In this document: piece by piece, positions 25,301-37,500 of the stretch
Layout: each line of letters opens with the position of its first letter
How positions within the stretch are numbered: the first letter of the stretch is position 1
From: Sphagnum compactum
Taxonomy: Eukaryota
Assembly: GCA_965153455.1 (NCBI GenBank)
Contig: OZ234493.1
Span: forward strand, 22,434,213 to 22,498,212
DNA length: 64,000 bases
Direction of reading: 5' to 3'
Program-made: the position numbers and the translations under genes
The notes under the pieces: generated by a model
Database searches by the model: none
What the model saw: the letters and a program-made list of their open reading frames with translations, nothing else
Told to the model about the DNA's origin: nothing

Positions 25301-28098
25301 TCACCAATAGTCCATGCAAGAACAAACACCATCTTCAAAGTGATGAAAACGATTGGCATCCCGCACCATTATGGCTCTCCCAACTATTTTTGAAATGAAC
25401 TTTGTTGAAGTATGGCAATCATTGCAAATGCGCAGATTTTTTCTTATTCGAAGAGGAGTACCAGGAGCTGTGTTGATGAGCCCGAATGCAATAGCCAGTT
25501 TCTCGCTATGGTGACACAAATGAAATACCTTTCCTTCCTCTTCAACATCATCCAGAACGAATTCTGTACAAGGCACATACCCTGCATCATGCATGAGACA
25601 TGACAATCTCTGCAGTTTTGCATGAATTTCATTCATCTGGGGGTGGTCTTCATCCTCTACTACAAACATATGCACCTCATTATTCACTTCAATCCAGGTG
25701 TGACCCGGCTGTTTCTTTGCACCTTTTTCCTTTCTCTGCCGTTCAATGTTCTCACAGAGATGCCTGTTTCCACCAGCAGCGTAGATGTTTGACAGCAGTA
25801 CATAACCAGCAGCATTTTCAGGATCTATTTCAAGAATTCGTTTTGCAATGCGTTCTGCCATCTCCACATTACCATGAATTCTGCAAGCGCCAAGCAAAGC
25901 CATCCAAGCAGCCACCTGTGGTTCACAGGGCATTGCCATGAGCATATTCTCTGCCTCCTGTAGATGGCCAGCACGGCCAAGAAGGTCAACCATGCAGGTG
26001 TGATGTTCCAATTTTGCAGGAATCATGTAGTCTTTGGTCATTGAAGCATACAAGCGCATGCCCTCATCCACCAGACCTGCATGGCTACAAGCTGACAGAA
26101 GACAAACAAAAGTGACATCATCTGGCTGTATACCTTCTTCACACATCTGTTCAAAATGTTTTAAAGCTTCCTTACCATGCCCATGCATGGCACATGCTCC
26201 AAGTATAGCATTCCAACTGACCACATTTCGAGATGGCATCTTGTTGAACACACTCCAAGCATCCTCATTGCTCGCACACTTTGCATACATGTCCACCAAG
26301 CTAGTCCCCACAAAGACATCAGACTCAAAACCACTTTGAATGATCTGCTGATGAACCCACCTGCCCTCTTGAAGTGCAATCATGCTGGCACATGCATTCA
26401 GCACCCCCACAAAAGTAACAGAGTTTGGCTGCACACCTTCCTGTCGCATTTGTCGGAATAGTTCCAGTGCCTTCTGGCCATGCCCACATTTCACATGTCC
26501 CAATATCATGGTGGTCCAAGTGACCACATCTCGAGATGGCATCTTTTTGAACACTCTCCAAGCATCCTCAAGGCTCCCACATTTTGCATACATGTCAACC
26601 AAGCTACTCCCCACAAACACATCTGTATCCCATCCACTTTCAATGATCTGCTTGTGAACATGCTTCCCCTCTTCAAGTGCCTCTATGCTGGCACATGCAT
26701 TGATCACCCCAACAAAAGTGATAGAGTTTGGCTGAACACCTTCCTGTTGCATTTGTTGAAATAGTTCCAGTGCCTTCTGGCCCTGGCCACATTTCACATG
26801 ACCCAATATCATGGTGGTCCAAGTGACCACATCTCGAGATGGCATCTTGTGGAACACTCTCCAAGCTTCATCAATGCTCCCACACTTTGCATACATGTCA
26901 ACCAAGCTATTCCCCACAAAGACATTCATCTCAAAACCACTTTGAATGATCTGTTGATGAACACACCTGCCCTCTTCAAGTGCCTCTATGCTGGCACATG
27001 CATTCATCACCCCAACAAAAGTGATAGAGTTTGGCTGCACACCTTCCTGTTGCATTTGGTGAAATAATTCCAGTGCCTTCTGCCCTTGCCTGCATTGCAC
27101 ATGTCCCAATATCATGGTGGTCCAAGTGACAACATCTCGAGATGACATCTTGTTGAACACTCTCCAAGCATCCTCAATGCTGCCACATTTTGCGTACATG
27201 TTAACCAAGCTACTCCCGAGAAAGACATCAGGCTCACAACCACTTTGAATGAGCTGTTCATGAACAAGCCTGCCGTTTTCAAGTGATCCTAAACCAGCAC
27301 ATGCCTTGACTGCCTGAACAAAAGTGAATTTGTCAGGACTCATTCCTTCTTGCTGCATTTGTTGGAAAAGCTGCATTGCCTTCTCATGTTGCCCAGCCTG
27401 TACATATTTTGTAAGCTTCCGATTCCATGCAAAAGGGTGCAATTGCACAATGCCTGGTGCCATTGCAGCCATCTCTGCTGCCACCCATGGTGGGTTTTGT
27501 TGGCATTCAAGCCAGAGTGCTTCCCCTGTCGTCTTATGTTTGAAATCTGGGTACCTTTCATTTTGCTACAACAAAGATCCAGGTCAAGCTGATCAGCCAT
27601 GCATTCTCCACATCCCAGGCATAACTATTATCATAAGAACAGAAAAAGGCTGCTCTGACCTTCTTCATCAGCATATTGCATCTAATTACCTTCTCAAGCT
27701 TACTACGACTATCCCACCAGCGCAAATGATGTGAAAGAACTTCTGCGAACATTCAGCCATAGCATGATAACAACCAAGAGAGAGCAACAAAATTGACATC
27801 AACAAGACATGTGAATTCTGACAGGATTGATGTCCAGTTACCTTCTCTGCTCTGTGATCCCACCATTGTGAAGGATCCATAAAGAACTCCCGCCACCGTT
27901 TCTCTCTCGGACCTATAGGTACTGCAGAAAAAGTTCCTTTCAAATCATATAGTTTGATCACATGGAAGCCATCTCTAGGTTCTGCGTCCCTGCACAGAAG
28001 GTGTCCAATTTTCGCTTCTGACGGCTTTCAGGTCAAAATCTCTCGGCCAGTAAATCAACCACACTTACGGTGAAAAGACGCCAGTAGACACACACAGA

Positions 28099-28131
<33 letters not shown>

Positions 28132-28414
28132 GGGAAGGAATAACGCAAGAAAGCTTACAACTACCTCTTTCTCCGACTGCCGCCTCTGTTTCTACCCCGT
28201 GCGCTCTGGGAAGAAGTGCTGTATACTGCAATCTATTTTGTGGGGTAAATTGGAATTGCGGGTGCACACAGAAGCGTAGCCGCAAGCTCCTCCTGGTTGA
28301 CCTCCCTCTTCTCCATGTGGTGGTGGGGCAGCAATTGCTGCTGCTGTCGTGGTCAAGCAAAGAGTCAGATCTTGCAAATGGGAATTGCACTTGCTGCACT
28401 GTTGATGAAGACAT
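25301..28414 (-). CDS. PLS-class PPR protein with E1-E2-DYW cytidine deaminase (organellar C-to-U editing-factor type), N-terminal transit-like peptide and OSB-type PDF motif; ~864 aa, 3 exons
   Basis: Exons 28414-28165 (aacaATG; Ser/Thr/Arg-rich), 27921-27842 and 27565-25301, joined by GT-AG introns in phases 1 and 0. 15 P/L/S motifs, PG box [19 protein letters not shown], terminal CSCMDYW. The large exon is secure; the two upstream exons are hand-predicted. Confidence 0.92.
26160..27370 (-). repeat. Intragenic tandem 303-bp (101-aa P-L-S triplet) repeats
   Basis: CAATATCATGGTGGTCCAAGTGAC recurs at 26501, 26804 and 27107 (exact 303-bp period). Confidence 0.9.
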
Positions 28415-28440
28415 TGTTGCTTCGCAGAAATATTGGCAAA

Positions 28441-28442
<2 letters not shown>

Positions 28443-28476
<34 letters not shown>
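28443..28476. repeat. (CT/GA)n microsatellite just upstream of the PPR start codon
   Basis: About 17 CT units; another GA run lies in intron 1 at ~28096-28131. Confidence 0.9.
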
Positions 28477-28480
<4 letters not shown>

Positions 28481-30684
28481 GCAATCCAAGAGCATCAAAA
28501 TCCACATACAATTCCCTCTGCAGCGTCCGAAGTCGACCCAAATGCGATCTCTCTCCCACTGAGTCAAAGAACCCTAGATTGAACCAGGTTGAGCAGCAGC
28601 GGCACTAAAACCCTCCAAAACCCCGGCACCCTAGAAGGCTGGAGCAATGGCCATAAGTTGCTACTGTTTGATAAGGTGAATGTGTTATATTGTGGGGACA
28701 TCCAATTTGTATCATTTCCATGGTAAATTTTCCATTTCCGATACAGAAGAGAGAACCTAATGATGGGTGCTTGGAACAGCAAGTGAAGCCGCGATTTCAT
28801 TGTTGCCTCTTTTGCAGACTCAAAATGTATCCTATATATAGTGCAATAAACCTTGTCAATTGCAATTCTTGAGGCAAATATAATCTACCCTTCTGATAGT
28901 CCAAGCAAATCTGGACATTTAGTAGAGCAAATGAATGTGATGAACTGAAAGACAACATAAAACAGCAGCGAAAACTGGCAGTTTACAGAAGAAAGAGGAA
29001 ACTGCACCTTAGGACATCCTACTGTTACCATCTATAGTCCTGCTCAACCCATGACATGCTTGCCTAAACATCCCCAAACCAAGAGCAGCAGGAAGCTGAG
29101 CCTGTGATGAAAAACTCTCCAGTTTCTAGCTCTGATCTCTCTCTCGTCCCATCTGTAGTGAAACTTGCCAGAGAAACACAATTGTGCTTCTTATTGCTGC
29201 AGTATTGTTGTGTTTCTTACAGTAGACGGTTTGAAAACAGTTGAAAACTTTGCAAAAACGTTCACCATCATCTATCAGTTATACCAGATGTGAGTGCTAT
29301 ACCATTTTCTTATAACATTCCATCAGTTGCTTTCATGTGCATCTCGTACTTTTGTGATGTTTCCCTATGTACTCACATCTATCTCCTGGTGCATTTGAAC
29401 TAGTGAATAAACCGTTGCCCCTCAGAATGTGTCATGCTTTTTGTTTTGTCTGCAATACACTTTCCAGTTGATTTTCAGATTCTGAAAAAATTGGATCTGA
29501 TAGCTGTCTCTATTGGTACTCTGATTTTCTTACGTCTGAGGAGATTTGCCAATTTGGTAATGAAATGAGACACGGGCCAGGATGCAAAGTTTTGGGAGGC
29601 TGATGATGTTGAAGTTTGCAAGAGATATGGCAGAAATAAGAATGCAGACGACTTTCTCTCTTCACTATCTTGTTCATGCAAATGTGGTTCCAACTAGCTT
29701 TTGTTTCTTTATCAGTGCAACAAGATCTCAAATGTTCTTGGCATAGAAACTTCAATCACGGGATTTCATGCTGGAGTTTCCTTAAGAATTATTCAATCGA
29801 GGAAGAATGCTCGACTGTGGTCTGGCACTAAACCAAGATTGCAGAAGTTGGTCTGTCCAATTTACCCTGAAGCAACCCAAGCAGACATTTGTCTTTCAAA
29901 GATCATGTACTCAAAGATGAGGGGAGGGGTTTTTGAAGTTATTTGCCCACTGGGATCAGGTCCTTTATGAAGGGTTTTTGCTGATTAGGGTCACGTCACT
30001 AATTGCATCATCTTCTCTAGACACTTCACTTCAGTTCTCTATTGTCTAGCAAAGGCTCTATTGTCAGCTGCCTTGACATTACTCGAGCAGAAATGCTCAC
30101 TGAATTGCAGGTACACTCAGTCTTTTGCTCATATCCAAAATAACTAATGCGCTATGCTTGTTCTCCCCTTTTTCATGGGAAAATCTCTTCTCTGATGTTC
30201 TCCATCACTGGCAATGAGTAAATAGGAATGCATCCTTGTATAGTGAATGAAAGAGCTATGCAGCTTCAAGTATTCCATGAACACTCTCTCAACTCCTCCC
30301 ATTCAATACATGTCACACAATAACAATTCTCATGTCCCCCAAACTGCACTTGGCGGTCCTGAACATAATCTAATGTTTTGTTTGAGGCACAGGAGGGATG
30401 AATCCATCATCCACCTGAAACGCACAAAGCTTAGTTGAGTACAGTGGAGAGTGCTATGCACCATACATTCATCCTTGCTATGGTGTAAACTTTGCACAAA
30501 GAATTGAAAAGTTAAACAGCTTCTCAGTAATGGGAACTTGAAAATACTTTTGTCATGAATGTCAGAAGATGTGTAGTGATCCTAAGGAAAGTGGAGACAT
30601 ACCATTTGAACTTCACCAGCTTCAGCACCTGCTTGAGTGAGAAGGCTTCCTGAATCTTCAAGGACACCCCATATTTTATGAGCA

Positions 30685-31510
30685 TGCAATTCAAGGCTCC
30701 AATTCAAGAATCTGTTGAACAATGAATTCTCCCATCTCTGCATAACAATGCATTCTGAAAGCAACTAGCAAAGCCCTCCATGCAGCCATGTGGTTTACAA
30801 ATTGTATGTCCTTCACCATATTCTCTGCCTCCCGTAGGTCCCCAGTATTATAACAGGATGAACCATGATGAAGGGGTAATATGTTCTAATTTTGCAGAAA
30901 TCATATAAGCTGTAGATGGCAGCATCACCAACAAGGTCAACCGTGGTGCACAGTAAGGTTGCAATTTTGCAGAAATTATATAAATTGTGATCATTAAAGC
31001 ATAGCAATGTGTGCCTTCATCCACCAAACTTGCAAGCCTACAAGGTGACAAAAGAAAAACAAAAGGAATGTCATTGGCTCTACACCTTTGTCACACATTT
31101 GTCCAAAATGTTTAAAGCTCCCTTACTATACTCGTGTCTGTCACAGCCTCCAAGTACGGCATTTTCCAGATGGCATCTTGTCAAACATTATCCAAGCATC
31201 CTCCATGCCCCCACATTTTGCAAACATGTCAAACATGTTATTCTCCACAAAGAGATCAGACTTGCAACCACTTTCAGTGATCTGCTTATGAACGAACACA
31301 CCTGCCCTCTTCACGTGTGATGATGCCAGTGCATGCATTAACCACCCGAGGCACAAAGTAACAGAGTTTGGTCGCACACCTTCCAGTTGCATTCTTTGGA
31401 ATATTTCTAGTGGGAACCTTCTGCCCTTGACCACATTCACGTGTCCCAATAAAATGGCATTCCAAGTGACCATGCCACCTGATGGCATCTTGTTGAACAC
31501 TTCCCCCAAC
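30685..31510 (-). pseudogene. Decayed PLS-PPR gene fragment (S-P-L-S...P2/L2/S2-E1)
   Basis: VFNKMPSGGMVTWNAILLGHV, MQLEGVRPNSVT, VHKQITESGCKSDLFVENNMFDMFAKCGGMEDAWIMFDKMPS, YMISAKLEH, AAWRALLVAFRMHCYAEMGEFIVQQILELEP; many frameshifts. Confidence 0.85.
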
Positions 31511-34500
31511 ATCATCGTCCATCCTGGCTCAAAATCATTTTCCAATTGCTACAAACAAGGAAGCACAAATACCTTGCTTTGCAGAAAACACAATGCTGTT
31601 GTTAACAGCCCAAGCCAGCCACTCAGATGGAATTCAGTCACAGTTGCTGAACAAACTAATAACAGGGGGAGGAACGAAACTTGTCAGAGCTCAAAGGTAG
31701 CTTGTCTTTGAATGAATTAGCATTTTGTTAACAAACGTTTGCAAACTCGTACAAAAATATTGAGCTGCATAATTGGTTCACGAAGTGCGTTCTTTTTTGG
31801 TTTTGCTTTTGGGGTAAAGTGTGTGTTTTTTCAATCATGTGATAGAGTAGTTTTGTATCACAATCGTTTTGCAACTCACAATTCTACCATCATGTTTGTG
31901 GTATTGTGTTCCATCCTTTTGACTCGTGCTAAAACTTCTTAATCGGAGATCTTTATGCAACATGGGAAATTGGAGGGTTCAAGTCCTTGCAAGATCATAA
32001 TCCTTGGTATGAATAGTTCCATTATATAGTCACAATCTTGGTATTTTCATCTTGCATTGAAACATGAAACCATGTTTTCTCAAACAAGGATAGATTGAAG
32101 CGTAGTAGAATGGTGAAACAATGAAGCTTTTTTTGAACAATGAGGAATTGGAGCCTAAAACAATGGAATTCTAAAGCTTATTAAAAGAGTGAAATGTTCC
32201 CCGACTTTTGAAACCATGTTGTTCAAAGTAACATATTCATGAGTTAGCCTTGTATTTGAAAGTGAAATGATTAAGCATTTTCAGGTATGGTAATTTTGGT
32301 AAAATTTTGTATTCATGTTCTTTCTTAATGAACATAAAATAATGAAGGTTTCCCTAATGTGTGTTCTGTTGCAAGGATTAAATGTAAATGGTGTACAATG
32401 ATTGTAATGAAGTAATCTATAAATTTTTTGGTTAAAGCTAGCTATGGCAAAGTCCTGCGGATGTGGATTGATTTGTTTGTGTTGTCATGATGTCATTTGT
32501 TTATGTCAATGGGTCACAAGCTCATTTTGTCCATGTTACACCTATAGTCCATCCCTTGAAATGGATGGCCATTCTTTATATGAATGGCAAACAAGGTCAA
32601 GCCCATTTATTCAAAGGCAATAATTAGGTTAGGTTTTTTCTAAAAGGACTTTTTGTTCTTTGAGTTTCATCATTTAGAATGAAAGGTTCATTTCTTTCAA
32701 GTTGAGCTTCATGGGGTGAGACACACTCTTTCATTCATCCTACCTAAATTGTGTTTTAATCATAATGTGCTGCATTGACTTGATTTAGATTTTTTTAAAA
32801 AGGTTGCATGTGGTATAAGCATTTGTTTTCTACTTTAAAAAAAGAAGATTTTAAATCATTAATCATGGGACTACTTATTTTTATATCCATACTTTATGGA
32901 TTTAGCCAATTGTGCATGGGTTTGGTTATGATTAGTTTCAACCCACTTTCAATGTATGAATAATTGTGTGGATATATGGAAAGGTTGAGGGCAATAATTA
33001 TGTTATATGAGTATGGTTCAAAGTGCAAGTTAGAACAATGAATGAAGTGTTTTTGCTAATGTTCAAAATGGAGAGAGACAAGAAAGCATCGTGAATAATA
33101 ATGATATTCTTTGAACATCGTGCATCACATTTGACACTACATTTAATTTACACATTTAATCAATGTGTTATTAATGTCATAGGACAAATTTTGAAAGAGA
33201 TGGAAGCATTATTGAAATTCTCATAACAAATTTGTTTGGAGCGATCATTCTTTGTATATTTTAGGAAGCACTTGAAAAGGAATATTTTTTATATGTTATA
33301 AATTGATGGCATATTCTTAACATATTTTTAAAATATTATCAAATTGAATTAATTACACCTTATTTACATTTAAATAAAAAAAATTCAATAATTTGCACCT
33401 TATATTTTTTTGCACACCTTTTGTAATAAAATGGAAGAGACTTCCCCAGGCAAATTTGTCAACTTTCTTTTCCATCATTTTATCAATTAAGGACCATACA
33501 TCAACGAAATTTGATGAAGATGTGAATATGATAAACTTTACATGGTAATGTTTCTTTAGATGGCCACAAGACATTAGGTCCAATTTTTTATTCAAAGAAT
33601 CACATTGATGTTTTGAATTATGTCATAAAGTCATTTATAATTTTAATCCAATAGTGATAAATTGAAGAAGATTAATCACAATTGCTATATATAAAAAAAT
33701 CTTATGTAATTTCAATTGTGATGTCAAATCAAATGACCTTTTTTTTAATCACGTTTTCAAAATGTTATAATAACATTATAAAAATTCAAGTCACAAATAA
33801 TCATATTTTTCCATATTCTTTAATGCATTAATCCAAACATTAAAAAAAATCATATGTTTAATGATACATTTGTTTGCTATCATGAAAGGGTGCATGTTGA
33901 AAGCCATTAATAAACAAATGAGAGCCTTGTCATGTCTTTTGCAAGCATGAACTTAATTAAAGATTATTGTTAATATCTTGTCAATCAAGTCTATTATTAT
34001 GATCCCCAAAATTATTATTTTGGTCCCCAATTTTAATGAATTTAAAAAATGATTATTAAACCTTCAACCCATTAAAAACATTAAAAATGGTAGAATTGAA
34101 ACAAAAAATTCACGTGAAACCATTGTCATGATGCCATGACTCAGTAACAATAATTCCTTAAAAAATTTGATTTGCAAGATAAGAATACAATGCACACAAC
34201 CATTTAATCATAATTATATTGGACCACAAATTTAAGATGTTTTTGAATTCTAATTAATTATCAATGTTGAATAATAAAAACATTTCAAAGGTAAAATATT
34301 ATGAAGTGATACCAAGTGAAATGATAATTTATTTGACACCTAAATTATGAGCATTTGTTATCACAATCTTATGTCCAAATGACAAGAAACAAATTCAATT
34401 GTTACATTCCAAATTCATTGTTGTATTAACTTATTTGAAAAACACTCTTTTTAAATGCAAAAACAAATTAGGATATGCATTAGTTCTCATAATAGAGATT

Positions 34501-37500
34501 TACCTTGTTAAGTGAAAATTTGAATTCAAGACTTTGAGGTCAAAAAGTTCATTTACCATTAAGTTATGCCTTCATTTGTGTAAAGGACCATGTGACAATT
34601 TTATTTAAAATTTGAATATGCCCTTGCTTTTAGCTTTAAAAATGTTGACCCCTGATTCATTTTTAAATCAAAAAAACCATATGAAAGTATAACCTAGTGA
34701 TAAATATTAATGCTGGTCAAAATTGTTTTTTGAACCAACTAGTTTTAGCCTAGTTCCTAAATAATTTTGGTTGGTGAGAACTAGCAAAAGTATATTTTTT
34801 CTTATTCAACCATTTTTTAAACATGTCAATCTTCACAAATGAAATAACAAATGGTTTTCACATTTAGTTATCAAACTTTCATTCATTAAAAAATATTTTT
34901 TCGAACACTTCAAGTTAAAAGGTAAAGAGACATTAGAAATTATTGAAAAAAATACAATTTTTTTGTAAAATCCCAAATTTATATTTCACAATTTCTTGAA
35001 ATTATTTGTTAAAAATTTCATCAATCTTAATTAATTTTACTAAACAAAAAGAGGATTTACAACTTTAAGGTCATTGGATCAAAATTTTCTTAACAAAATC
35101 AATTCATAAATGACATACTTTTAACTATTTTAACTAAACAAATCTTCCTATCTGTGATCAAACAATCTTCAAAATTCGATGAACAATGAATCCGATAGTA
35201 GGATCGTGCTTCCTCAAGATTGAAAATAACATTTGATGTTTTAAAAATCTGATTGATACTATTTGAAAATCAAAGTTTGCTTGTTTTAATTATCATTTCA
35301 AATATCTGTATATATAGTTGTAGTCCTGATCAATTCTTTGGTCAACAATGCCATTATTAAATTCAACATAGGAGTGCAAATGATGATGACATTTCGTAAA
35401 TGTAAATTATAAGGACAATCTATCATAATATTCAACTATAATCTTTCTTAAAAGGATATCAAGATATTAAACAAAGATTTTTAAACCTAGGGTTCAACAT
35501 CAAGGAAAACATATTGTAAATTTTTATTCATATTTTTTTTAACAAGGAAATAAATAAATCCAAAACCTCGCAAACCTTAATTTTGTGTTGGAAGTTAAAC
35601 ATGTCAATTCAAAAGTAACATTTGCATCTTCTTCTCTTAGATTAACAAAAGAAGTTAAAGTCTCAATTTCAAACTCATTGATATGACAAAATGTAATGCA
35701 TCACTTAACAACCAATGACCTCTAAATTGAATTTAAATACAAAAAAATACAAAGAAAAGGTGGTCAAAAATAATCTTGGAAATACATCATGGTAAAATAG
35801 GTGGCACTCGTGCAATTATTTTCACAATATACTTTTGCTTATTATAATAAAAATAAATGGTTTCTTTGATTATAAAGATTTTTGAAAAAGGATGGTTTTA
35901 CTAGCAAATATATAAAGGAAAAAAAATGTTGGAATATGTTTTTGCAAGAATTTCAAAAAATGAAAATTAATTTATTTTCAATTTTTTAAATTTTCAATAA
36001 TTGTTTTGACTAGGATATTTAATTTTCTTGGGATAAGACCAAAATTAACACATGTTTTATTCAATTCTTGTTTTATTTTCCTTGATTTTTTGGGTTAAGT
36101 GATACACTTTTAAAAATTGTTTTGTATAGCTTGATAGATACATATTTCAAGTCTTTGCAAACTTTTTAGTTCTTGTAACATATTGATATGTTTTTAAAAA
36201 TGCATGACCAAAACAATTTCTTTCAAAACTTTTCAATATTTTAATGTTGTAATCATAATATTTAAATCAAACCCTTTATCTTTCCCATAGGCAAGAATTT
36301 TCTTCCTCAAGTTATACTTCTCCAATAATTCAATTAAATTTCTAACCAAATTTTATTTAGCAATGTATGTGGTTTCAAAAAATGTAAGGTTTATATGTTT
36401 TGGTAGTAATTAACCATAAAATATTTGATCATGAATGCAAAAATATCATGTTCACTTTTTGACATTTGTAAGTTAAAGGTTGCAATTGCAATGTTACATT
36501 TTGCCAAGGTTAACAAAACACACAATTGTTTAATTTTTCTATTAACTTGGGTAGCATTTCTTGTGAATATTTTTTTAATAATTATTTTTTGAATAAAAAT
36601 GCATATAAAAAGGAATTTTGGCAATTAAAAGCCCCAAATCTTTGAAAATTTATTTTTGATTAAGATCATTTTTCTTGAAAGGGTTTTTTGCAACAAAACA
36701 ATTGGAGATAAAACCCTACCAAATACAATAAACCTTTTCTTTGCTTATTTTTCTTCACTTTCATTTTCAAAAGATTATTCAATTTTTCTTCAAAATTTTT
36801 GGCAATAATATAATGATCTATAAACATTTTTTTTTCAATGTAGTTATTCCATTTATTATAATTTATAGAATTAAATTTTTTTTTGCTTTTGTTTTCGGTT
36901 TGAAATTAAAATTGGATTATTGTAACAGAAAAAAAACACACAATTTGAAAAGATTTAGGATCAAACATCTTTCTTACCATTGATATAATAAAATGCCTAA
37001 CACAATGTATATATGAAAAAGTTCAATCCAAATCTTGCACCAAAAAGAAAAAACGAAAAGAATCTTAAGCTTTACAAACCTCAAGTTTTACCAATGTTGA
37101 GGGAAAAAAAAGCTTTATAAGTTTTTTATTTAAAAAATCAACTACAAGAAGAATAAAATAAGAAAAGGAAAAGAAAATTTACCTCAAAAATAAGCTCAAG
37201 GTTGAACATGGATTAAAGCTTCAAACATTATAATACCTACATAGAGTAAGAAAGAGGGAATAGCAAATCATTGTAAATAACAACACAGTGTAAACAAACA
37301 CGACCAAGGAATATAGGAAAGGGTGGGTACTTAAAAACAAAACATCACAATGGAGTTCACAATAAGATGACAAAAACAACAATACGATGCAAAAAAGAAA
37401 GGTAGCATGAAAAACATCAAAGTTCTTTTTGTTCGTGCTCGAACAACACAATGAGAAAGAGGCTTAAAGCAACTTTATATTGTTTGGTGTTGTAAAGTGT

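Noticed and set aside
26160-27370. Regularly spaced repeats as a CRISPR-like array
   Set aside because: They are coding 303-bp PLS triplets with no unique spacers, in eukaryotic DNA.
25412-27734. Numerous 60-136 aa ORFs overlapping the PPR gene on both strands
   Set aside because: They are shadow ORFs of the repetitive PPR coding sequence.
27842-27989. Longer PPR exon 2 using the tgtgcag acceptor at 27989
   Set aside because: It is phase-incompatible with the exon 1 donor and gives an early stop. The acceptor at 27921 has a better pyrimidine tract and keeps the frame.
28860-30500. Gene-like composition with some splice-like sites upstream of the PPR gene
   Set aside because: No consistent reading frame or recognisable protein could be assembled by eye.
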